Positions 36,970 to 45,883 of a stretch of 64,000 nucleotides of DNA are shown piece by piece. Within the stretch, counting starts at the first letter, position 1. Every line of letters begins with the position of its first letter. Location: the NCBI GenBank assembly GCA_001179505.1, contig CDMY01000492.1:1-64000 (forward strand), given 5' to 3'. The DNA is from Vitrella brassicaformis CCMP3155 (Eukaryota > Protista > Chromerida). A program made the translations under genes and the position numbers. Under the pieces are notes generated by a model. That model ran no database searches. It had not been told where the DNA came from and saw nothing but the letters and a program-made list of their open reading frames with translations.

Positions 36970-39350
36970 GCAGGATCAAGTGGCGAGCGACTTCGACGTG
37001 GCCGAGCACGAGCTGGCGGGCGTGCTGCAGCAGCTCGTGCGCGAGAAGTGCGAGGTGTGGGGCGAGCACTTCACCAAGGGCATGAACCGGCCGGCGGACA
37101 TGCCCGCCGGTGTGTGCGTGCGAGACGAGGGGCTGCTGGTGCTGGGCTGCCCGTTTGGCACATCGGAGTTCATGGAGCGGCACTTCGCCAAGGTGCTCAA
37201 GAAGACCCAGCACCTTCTCGACAACCTGCCCCGGCTGGAGGACCCGCAGAGCGCCGGGAAATTCCTCCGCTTCTGCGCCACGCCGAAGTTCCACTACCAC
37301 CTCCGCACCTCCCTCCCCTTCACCCGCCCCCTCGCCGAGGCTGCTGGCAAGCACTCTCGCGCCCTCATCCAGGCCGCCTGCACCCTTTTCTTCCTCGGCG
37401 ACGTCCAGACCAAGACCGTCCGCCAGCTCAAGCTGCCGCTGACTGAGGGGGGGTTCGGCCTCACTGATGCCGCCCGCATCGCGCCAGCGGCGTACTTCGG
37501 CGCGAATGCGGTGGTGTTGGCCGATGTCCTCGCCCGCCACGAAGGCGCCGCGTGGATGCCGGCGCATGGGCGCGCAGGGCTGGAGGCGCAGCCATGGGTG
37601 CAAGCGATCCAGGCCGCGTACGACCACCTTCTCACCCACTACCCCCGCTCCCCCCAGTCCGACCCCCTGCCTGACGTCCGCAGCCTCATGCTCCGCCCCG
37701 TCGGCGGCCTGCAGGCCAAGCTGACCCAGCGCATCCACCAGCAGGAGTCCGCCTCCCTGCAGGCAGCCCTGAACGACATGCGTGACGACGCCGGCCACCC
37801 GACGACCGACGGAGCCCGTCTGCAGAGCTGCAAGGGGCCGGGGGCGACGGCATGGCTGCAGGCTATCCCATTCAGCCCCGCAACGACCATCTCCCCCGAC
37901 GCCTTCGTGTGGAATGTGCAGTTCCAGCTCGCGTGGTGAAGGGACCGACGACCTGTGGGGCGTGCACGAAGCCCTGCGACCCGTGTGGCGACCACATGCT
38001 CAAGTGCCCCAATCGCGGCTACCTCACCAACCGCCACAACACCGTCCAAGCGACCGTCTACCGTATCTGCAAGGAGGCCCGATGCCCCAGCGTGAAGACA
38101 GAGCAGCTTCTGCGTGACTACCAGTGCCCACTCCCGCAAACGACCGACAAGCAGCGGATGGACCTGGTGATCACCCAGCATGACGGCTCTAAGATCATGG
38201 CTGACGTCACCGGCACTCACCCCACTCACGCCGACCGCCCAGGCGACCCCAGGAACCTCACCAACCAGCGGCCCGGCTCAGTACTTCGCACCGCCGAGAA
38301 CCGCAAGAGGGGCCAGTACGCCGTTGCATGTGCATGAGGAGGGTACACGTTTTTGCCTTTGGCCTTCGAGTCGTATAGACGGTGGTCTCCGACTATGGAG
38401 ACCTTTTTGCACAAGCTAGGCAAGGCAGTGAAGGAAACTCACTACGGGGACGACAGAGATTTTTCAACAGGCCGCGTCGTGGCCCGATGGTGGGTCCTCT
38501 TGTCGTGTGCAGTCAGGCGTGAGTGTGCCCTCACGGTGCGCGGCAAGAGTGAGACCGCCACACCATTCATCCGCCCCTTCCCCCGAGACGAAGTCTGGGG
38601 GAGGGGCCCTTACTCTCCTTCCTAGGCCTTTTGCTCCGCACACCGTGACTTCGTGTGTGCGGGCGTGTCTGTATATGGGTGCGTGCGTGTGTGTGCGAAG
38701 GTGTGTATGCGGGTGAATGTGTGTGAGTGTGTGGGTGTGTGCGAGTGTGTGGGAGTGTGTATGAGTGTACGGGTGTCGGTGGGCGTGTGTGCGCGTGAGC
38801 TGCCGGCGTCCGTGTAGGGGTGGGTGACGTGGGTGGATGCGCCGGCGTGGCGCCCGTCTGCGTCAGGTCTGTCTATGTGTTTTGCCGCTCTTGTCGCGGG
38901 CGCGCTGGGTAGTCGGTCGATCGCCTGCCGCCCCCCTCCGCCATGGAGGCTGGGGCGGCGGTGCGCCTGACTCTCGTACATCTCCATCTCTCCACCCTTC
39001 CGTGCGTGCCTGTGCCGAGGGCGGGTTTGTGTGTGACCGGGCGATCTGCACTGACTGGCTGGCCACCTGGGGATGGGCGGTACGTACGTATAGAGTCATG
39101 GTGCAGCACGCACGCCTCCTCAAGCAGGCCGCTGGGGTGGCGTGTGTGCGATGTTCCCTGCCTACTCGTCTGTTCCCTCGTTCGCAGCGCACTGCCTACC
39201 CGCCTGTTTGCAGCCCCTGCCCTCTGCGTGCTGCGTGGTGCGTGGTGCGTGTTCGTGTTGCATGTTAGGGTGCGTGTTTGCATGTTGGGTCGGACAGACA
39301 AAGGACACGGCCGTCAGGCCACCTAGGGTGCTCCCTGAAACCGCTGCTCC
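36970..39350 (+). mobile_element. CRE family A, 5'-truncated copy with a long GT-rich 3' tail
   Basis: KCEVW..LVLGCPFG (RT domains 6-7), QLKLPLTEGGFGL, GATAWLQAIP, frameshift ~37935, CGACTKPCDPCGDHMLKC, RHNTV, QRMDLVI..ADVTGTHP, stop at 38336, ..FPRDEVWGRGPYSPS*38625. Confidence 0.85.
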
Positions 39351-40105
39351 GATATGACTTGACGTCATTCTCTCGAGATCTGTTGCTTCGGCACGGTCTT
39401 CGGTCGTTCCGACCACATTCCCTTCGGCAGGGCGTCTTCCCAAGCCGCCTTTGGAGCCGCAGAGTGATGGTGGAGTGCGCATGTGAGTGATGGTGGAGAA
39501 CGAGTACGTCGTCCTGCGGATCACCCTCTCGGTGCCGGTCACCCTCCCGGTGAGTCCGCAGCGAGGCGACACGAGTACTCGTACGACAGCTAGCTGCCCT
39601 TCTAGCATCCTCTTCCCTCAGCCAGATCTCGCTCTTCCTCTGAGTCCGCGTGCCTTCTCGTCCTTCCAGGACTCACCCTGGTGCTGACCTACTCCTCTCC
39701 TCTCTCCCCGACTGACCGGTTGCATATCAGGGGATGCTTTTGAGGGTTATGTCTCACTGGGAATGCATGCACGCATATCTGCCTGAGATCTGCCTGTCTG
39801 TCCGTCTGTGTTGTCTCTCTAGCCTCCCAGTGTGTGCCTACGTATCCGCCACAAGGTCCGTCCCCTCGCCGATCACATACTAAGGCAGACAACACGTCCA
39901 CACCCGCACATCGGTCAGGAACACGGGACACTCACTCAAAGCGGACGGCACGAAAGCATGTGTGTGGCTGGCTATCTCTCTCTCTCGGTTGGCTGAGATC
40001 AGTCGGTGATCTGGTGTGTTTGCGTATGGATGGCTGGTATGGTTCTCGGGTGGGTTTGACAGTTGCCAGAGAGAGGACATCCACACCATAACACTTTCGT
40101 AACAC

Positions 40106-40119
40106 TGGTGCATCTGCCG
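40106..40119 (+). promoter_or_regulatory. Putative primer-binding site (tRNA-Gly-like) of the gypsy-like element
   Basis: TGGTGCATCTGCCG lies one base after an LTR-type end ...CGTAACA (40104). It matches 13 of 14 positions of the complement of a typical eukaryotic tRNA-Gly 3' end (TGGTGCATCGGCCG), recalled from memory and not checked against this genome. Confidence 0.6.
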
Positions 40120-40359
40120 TTCTTTTTTTTCCATTCGCAGGTCTGTCGTTTGGCTGCGAGGGGTGTGGTCTGCCCATGGGCGTTGTCGTCATTGTGTTTG
40201 GTGTTGGTTTGGATGGATGTGTATCGGTCTGGATGAGAGCGAGATGGTGTCCATGTGGCTGTGGGGAGGATCAGATCAGCCGCACATAACGAGCCAGCCT
40301 CAGCCAGATCTACCACGAGAGCACCGGCATTCAACGTTGCGTCATCTCTGCTGTCCGCT

Positions 40360-40399
40360 GCTGTCGTTGCTGTCGTTGCTGTCGTTGCTGTCGTTGCTG
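40360..40399 (+). repeat. 9-bp tandem repeat (GCTGTCGTT)n in the gypsy leader
   Basis: About 4.5 perfect units. Confidence 0.85.
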
Positions 40400-40450
40400 T
40401 TGGGACGTGTGCTGGTGGTCGCAGGTTGAGTTTGTTTCGGTGCGAACAAG

Positions 40451-40636
40451 ATGACGACTTCTCCCCCCTCCTGGACTGACTGGCTCGATCTCATCTACAG
40501 GCGCACTGATCTCATCTACGCCTGCTACGTCGACGACATCATCGTCGCTTCCCGCACCCCTGCTGTCCTCTTTGAGCTGCTCTCTCACCTCAAACGCGTC
40601 GATCGGCTGTCCTCTGCTGCCTGGCGTGTGCGCTGA
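40451..40636 (+). CDS. 61-aa mini-ORF containing an isolated reverse-transcriptase YXDD palm motif
   Basis: ..ACYVDDIIVASRTPAVLFELLSHLKRVDRLSSA.. with YVDD at 40526-40537. Resembles the gypsy RT segment YLDDILIxSxTxxEHLxHLxxVLxRL. Confidence 0.5.
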   Translation: MTTSPPSWTDWLDLIYRRTDLIYACYVDDIIVASRTPAVLFELLSHLKRVDRLSSAAWRVR

Positions 40637-40747
40637 CCGTCCCGTTCGAACTCGTGAAGTCCTCCTCGAACTCTGAAGCCCTCCTGATGCCCCTGCGTTG
40701 TCTGGTGTCTGTAGCTGATCCTCGTCTGCCCGCTCTCTGCTGTTGTC

Positions 40748-42061
40748 ATGTCCAAGCCCTCGTCCAAGCCCTCGTCTCGTCTTCGACCTTCTGATCTCGT
40801 TCGTGGCCCCCTGCTCACCCACCACACGGCGTCCGAAACCATTCGCGAGAAACTCAACCGCTGCCTCAGGAGAGTGGATTACGACCGACGAGACGAGTAC
40901 GAGCTGGTGGGGTTTCTCTACGCTAAGGAGCAGGTCATTGACGAAATCGATGAGCTCGATGAGCGCCGCGATTGATCGGGTATCTCACGGAGGGAGTACG
41001 GCGAGAGGGTGAACGACATGCGTCGCCGTCTGACACATGTGCAGCAGGAGATCCAGCGTCGCACGGCGACTCGGCGACCCCCCTCCTCTCCCCCTCCCCG
41101 CACTCGTGCGCCCCGTCCCCGGTCTCGTTCTCGTTCGCGACATCTCTCGCCGCCCTCATATCAACGTGTCACGATCGACAGGAGCGGTGATCGTCGTCTG
41201 GACAGGAGGTCTGGTGATCGTCGGTCGCAGCGTCACGGTGGGGTGGAGCTCAAGCCTGCTGCTGTTGTTCAAGCAGAGGAAGCGGCGCGTGTGCAGACGA
41301 CCGAGCCCGCTGAGCCGTCTCAAGCACCCGAGACCCAGCAGCCCCCCACACAGCCACAGACGACCACACCACAGCCCTCCCACGCCACGTCTGAGCAGCA
41401 GCACACGTACAACCCCGACACCGAAGAGGTCGGCGACCAGGAAGATCAGGACGACGAGGAGCAACAGGAGGACTCTGAGGAACAACAGGAGGACGAGCAG
41501 CAGCACGAGGCCATCGAAGAAGCCGAAGAAGAAGAGCAGGAGACCGAGCGGGAGCAGCAGGAGGAGCCCACAAGCGACGAGCAACTCCCTACCCACCAGC
41601 AAGGTGCACAAGACAGTGCCTCTCAAGACCCCGCCCCCCACCCGACTCCCTCTCCCCCTCCCGCCCACGTCCCCCTCGCCCACACTCCCAAACTACCTGC
41701 TTGCACTCCCACTCGTGGTGTCTTCCCCCTAGAAGCGGCGGTCCAGGAGCAGCTGCAGTTCTACGTGCACTCTGTGGACCAGCTGTTCTTCACGGGCCTC
41801 TGGTTGTGCGGCCACTGCGATTATCAGACGGTGCGAGGTGCGTCGATTCAGCAGGGCGGAGAAGCGGACTTCTGGTTTCAGCCGCCGGCGTGCTGTGTCA
41901 AGTGTCAGAGCCCCCCACACAGGGCATACCCCTCAGCGGTCCCGGCATTCGCGACTGGCCCGTGGAACAAGGTCTACGACTACTCGCAGTTCCCCCCAGC
42001 GCAGCTCAGCGAGGAGGGTAATGAGGCTCGCGGCCAGCACATCGTAAACCTCGCGAAGTAA
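40748..42061 (+). CDS. Extra ORF upstream of gag (~437 codons, one internal TGA at 40973)
   Basis: ORFs 40748-40975 and 41009-42061 are in the same frame. It has a coiled-coil/Arg-rich N-terminal part, a Q/E-rich linker and a C-terminal CGHC...CVKC motif. Confidence 0.55.
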
Positions 42062-42317
42062 TCCCACACCCACTACTTCGACTCCTTTTTGCTGCCCCCC
42101 TTCCCCGACCCCTTTTTCCTGCTGATCGCCGCTGCTGCCTGTGGTGTGCTGCTGACCGACGGTGTCGCTGCTGATCGTGTGTGTATTGAGGGACTCGTCT
42201 GGCGCTGCGTGTGAGCTGGTGGTGGATCGATCGCTGTCTGGTGTTGATAACTGAGAGACCTGTGGTTGGTCCGTTCATAGTGGGACTCGTGTGTATATCG
42301 TGAACAAGCGGTCCATC

Positions 42318-42396
42318 CCATCCTTCCTGTTCGAATCCATCCTTCCTGTTCGATCCCATCTTCCTGTTCGAACCCGTCATTCCCGTTCGAATCCAT
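42318..42396 (+). repeat. ~19-bp imperfect tandem repeat immediately before the gag ATG
   Basis: Four copies of (c)ttcc(t/c)gttcga(a/t)(t/c)cc(a/g)tc ending just before ATG 42401. Confidence 0.7.
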
Positions 42397-42400
42397 CATC

Positions 42401-45400
42401 ATGTCACGTGCACAGCCACATTCGTCCATGCATACGAGTGACAGCATCTTGGGGCCCATGCCGTCACGTGGCCCACCTGACTTCAATGCTGCTGCTCCAT
42501 CCCGCCCCTCATCATTACATGAATCAACTGCTGCTGTTCATGCTGCTGCTGCTCCATCACATGCATCACATGACCCATCTGCTGCTGCTGCTTCATCCCA
42601 TCCACTACAGGCACCACCGCCACAAACACCACATACACCTGCACACATCGCATCACGTGCTGCATCATCGGGCCATTCGAGGAGGAATGTCGTCACACCT
42701 GTGGAGGGAGATGGGCAGCCGTCCAGCCGTCTCGCTGCAGCGAATGCAAAAGCGTCGATCACGGCATGGCGGGCGTCGGAGAGGTTACAGGGGTTCTTTG
42801 AAGGCCCCAGCGCGCCCAGTGGGCCTGCTGCTGGTCAGCTGGATCACACCCTCCCTCCGCGTGAGGTCGCGGCCGAGCCCCACCGGCTGAATACTATGCA
42901 GCTGCGCAATGGGAGCCGTATCCCCACATCTCCAAGCACGAATGCCCAAGCCGTTGTCTGTGCTCACCCATTCGCTGGCGAGGCTCGGGGGGGCCCTACC
43001 GTTTCCACCGAGAGAGCTGCTGCGGGGCTGTCGGACGGGCTGGACAGGTCGACTTCGAGAGGCACAGACAGGCGGAGACGGAGCGATGATAACGAGGGAG
43101 ACGTGTTTGATGACGAGGGTGACCAGGACGGCCAGGACTCCCCTTCACCATCGCCGCCCACCACAAGTGGGCAGTCGGGTAGGGAGGCCCCAGGACGGGC
43201 GTCCGCTGCTGCACAGCCGGTTGCCGTGGCTGATGGTGGTGGTGCTGAGGGTGACGATTCACCTCGGACGGTCAGGCAGCTCGACACCTCGCCTGACACT
43301 CAACCACAAGCAGAGGCACAAGGACGACCGTCGCATGGACCTGCCCACCGGCGAGAGGGTGACACGTCGGATGAATCGATGACTGTTAGTAGAAGAGAGT
43401 TTGAGGCGATGCAGGCGGAGCTGGCCAGGTTGAGGCAAGGGGCATCCTGCCGTAGCACTCCTGCGTCGGTATATCAGCGCACTCCTGGGGAGCTCCGTCT
43501 TCGGCCACGAGTGTCTGTGGTGGTCAAGTATGGCGACATTCGCAAGTGGGACTGGGCTCAAGTGCTGCCTGTCTTGTACCCACCCACCACGGATGCGGAT
43601 CTCTTGTTGGCGACCTTGCAGGAGCAGATGGAGGTGTTGGAAGGCCTCACTCATGCGGAGAGGCGGAGAGTCTTCTGGGATTGGGTACAGAGAGCCGAGG
43701 AAGAAGGCATCGTCCGCTACGATGACGGCGCCGGAACGCTCACTCGTGTCATAGCGGACCGGCCAGGCTGCAGAGTCAGTCCCATCCATCTCCCGGAGGT
43801 CTCGGAGATCCCCACCCGCCCACCCGGTCGCACGGCATCGATTCCCCCGGGCGCGTCTGCTGTGTGTGCGGGGGGTGCGGTCGCACGCGGAAGAGCTGCT
43901 GCACGCGAGAGGGGCACTGGAGGGGCTGGACGAGAGGCGGAAGCACACCAACAGCACCAGCCGGAGGTGAGGCACCCGCAGCAAAACCCCCGCCCACATA
44001 ATACCCAGCCCCCAGCAGGCGACTCAAGGACCGCAGGGCAGCCAATGCAGAACGCATCTTCGGCTCAGCAAAACCACCCACATAATGCACCCAATGAGGA
44101 CCGCCAGCCGCCCCTCCGTATCTTGCAGCGAACGTCTGCCGAGGCAAAAGGATCAGGGGACCAACACGTCCCCTTCACCGCAGTACAACACTTCGAGGCC
44201 CCGCCCAACGTCGCAGCGTCCAGCCAGCAAGTCCACCACACTAACCAGCGGACACGTGCGGCCGCTGCATATGCAACAGCCGGCGGCAGCGGCGACCCAG
44301 ATTGGCCACACAGAAATCCTGGGGACCGTGACAGTGGACGTGGCAACAACGGAGGACGTGGGCCTGATGGTGGAGGGAATAGTGGAGGCCGCCGCGAAGG
44401 TGCTGGTGGAGAGGGCCGGCGGGGTGGTGATCGTGATAGGGACCGACGAGACGATCGCCGACGAGATGAGAGGAGCCGTGACGGACACCTCAGCCCCGTC
44501 CTCCAGGATGTGTTCGAGAGAGAAGATGATGACTTGGGCAGGGAGTGGGAGGATATGGTGGCTCGCGAGCGCGCGAATCGAGCGCATGAAGAGAGGCTGC
44601 GACGAGAGGAGGAACGTGAGCAGCGGCGGCGGGCGATGAAAGAGCTGAAGCCGTCCCCTTTCAGTGGCGATGATGGGATGCCGGCAAAGGAGTGGTTGAG
44701 AGAGTTGGAAATGTGGTTCGACGAGGCTGCCGTAGTCATCCAGATGAGGCCGCAGATGTTCCACAAGCAGCTCAAGCCAGGAAGCAGTGCAGCCGCTTGG
44801 TGGTACAACTTGCCAGAGGTGACTCCCGGCAGCTGGAATGAGCTGCGGGAGGCATTCATCGAACAGTACGTGCCACGCGCAATCTCAGACCTCATCTATC
44901 GACAAGACCTGAAGCGGATGCGGATGGAGGACAATGAGACGATCGATGCATTCACCAAGCGTTTCAACATCCAATGCACGAAGGTCAATGGCCTCACCGA
45001 TGACGAGAAGAGGACGAACTATCTGTCCGCATTGGCTCGACCGGTGTACAACGCCATGAAGCCGTTGCTGATTGGGAAGAACGACCAGGAGATGAAGAAG
45101 GTCAACTATGCCTACCTCTGTATGCTCGCCCGCGAGGCAGCACCTGAAAAATACCGGAAGAGCGACACTTCAGATACAGCTGACCGTGACAAGCGCCCCA
45201 ACAAATCGAGCAATCGCCGCGGCGACAAACCTCCACGCCCTCTCTTCGCCGCAACGAGCACCGACAACGCTCTCGCCTCACTAATGGCCGTGACGACCCC
45301 CGCACTGCTTGCATCACTGCAGCAGCCCGCCACCATAGCAGCCAAACAGGACGATAGTGAGGATGAGGATCAAAGGGAAGAATATGAGGAGGAAGAGGAG

Positions 45401-45883
45401 GACGACGACGACGAGGCGGATGAGTTGACCACGGGCAAGACATCGATTGGCAGCACCACAGCCGACCAACTCACAGCTGCCCAGGCAGTGGCTGCCCTCC
45501 AGCTGAATGCCCTTAGCAACCCCATGCTCGCCCTCGCAAATCCTCTGGCTGCCCTTGCCAATCCATTCGCTGCTCCACTGGCGGCTCCGCTCGCCGCTCT
45601 CTTCAACAAACCCCAAGGCCTCTCAGACACTCGACTCGACGAACTCTGCAGACAGAACCCAAAAGCCAAGGACAATCTGAAGAAGTTCCCGTGTGAGCAC
45701 TGTGGACACCCATCCCATTCCATGATGACCTGCATCAAGCTCAAGAAGCTGCTCGTGGAGGCATGCGACGATCCATCGCGACGTCAGTCTGGCCCGCAGA
45801 GAGGAGGCGCACCCGACAAGCCCACCAAGTCGCCGCCTCCTCGCAAGCCACCTGAGGAAAACGAGAAGCCTTCGCGCCCCTGA
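42401..45883 (+). CDS. gag: Retrotransposon gag (1160 aa)
   Basis: LKPSPFSGDD..KEWLRELEMWF..WWYNL..SWNELREAFIEQY..LKRMRMEDNETIDAFTKRF (retrotransposon gag core) and the CX2CX4HX4C knuckle CEHCGHPSHSMMTC. Confidence 0.85.
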   Translation: MSRAQPHSSMHTSDSILGPMPSRGPPDFNAAAPSRPSSLHESTAAVHAAAAPSHASHDPSAAAASSHPLQAPPPQTPHTPAHIASRAASSGHSRRNVVTPVEGDGQPSSRLAAANAKASITAWRASERLQGFFEGPSAPSGPAAGQLDHTLPPREVAAEPHRLNTMQLRNGSRIPTSPSTNAQAVVCAHPFAGEARGGPTVSTERAAAGLSDGLDRSTSRGTDRRRRSDDNEGDVFDDEGDQDGQDSPSPSPPTTSGQSGREAPGRASAAAQPVAVADGGGAEGDDSPRTVRQLDTSPDTQPQAEAQGRPSHGPAHRREGDTSDESMTVSRREFEAMQAELARLRQGASCRSTPASVYQRTPGELRLRPRVSVVVKYGDIRKWDWAQVLPVLYPPTTDADLLLATLQEQMEVLEGLTHAERRRVFWDWVQRAEEEGIVRYDDGAGTLTRVIADRPGCRVSPIHLPEVSEIPTRPPGRTASIPPGASAVCAGGAVARGRAAARERGTGGAGREAEAHQQHQPEVRHPQQNPRPHNTQPPAGDSRTAGQPMQNASSAQQNHPHNAPNEDRQPPLRILQRTSAEAKGSGDQHVPFTAVQHFEAPPNVAASSQQVHHTNQRTRAAAAYATAGGSGDPDWPHRNPGDRDSGRGNNGGRGPDGGGNSGGRREGAGGEGRRGGDRDRDRRDDRRRDERSRDGHLSPVLQDVFEREDDDLGREWEDMVARERANRAHEERLRREEEREQRRRAMKELKPSPFSGDDGMPAKEWLRELEMWFDEAAVVIQMRPQMFHKQLKPGSSAAAWWYNLPEVTPGSWNELREAFIEQYVPRAISDLIYRQDLKRMRMEDNETIDAFTKRFNIQCTKVNGLTDDEKRTNYLSALARPVYNAMKPLLIGKNDQEMKKVNYAYLCMLAREAAPEKYRKSDTSDTADRDKRPNKSSNRRGDKPPRPLFAATSTDNALASLMAVTTPALLASLQQPATIAAKQDDSEDEDQREEYEEEEEDDDDEADELTTGKTSIGSTTADQLTAAQAVAALQLNALSNPMLALANPLAALANPFAAPLAAPLAALFNKPQGLSDTRLDELCRQNPKAKDNLKKFPCEHCGHPSHSMMTCIKLKKLLVEACDDPSRRQSGPQRGGAPDKPTKSPPPRKPPEENEKPSRP

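Noticed and set aside
39300-39365. HDV-like ribozyme starting GGCCGTC
   Set aside because: I could not find the complementary P1 strand or the nested pseudoknot pairings, and it lies at a 3' rather than a 5' end.
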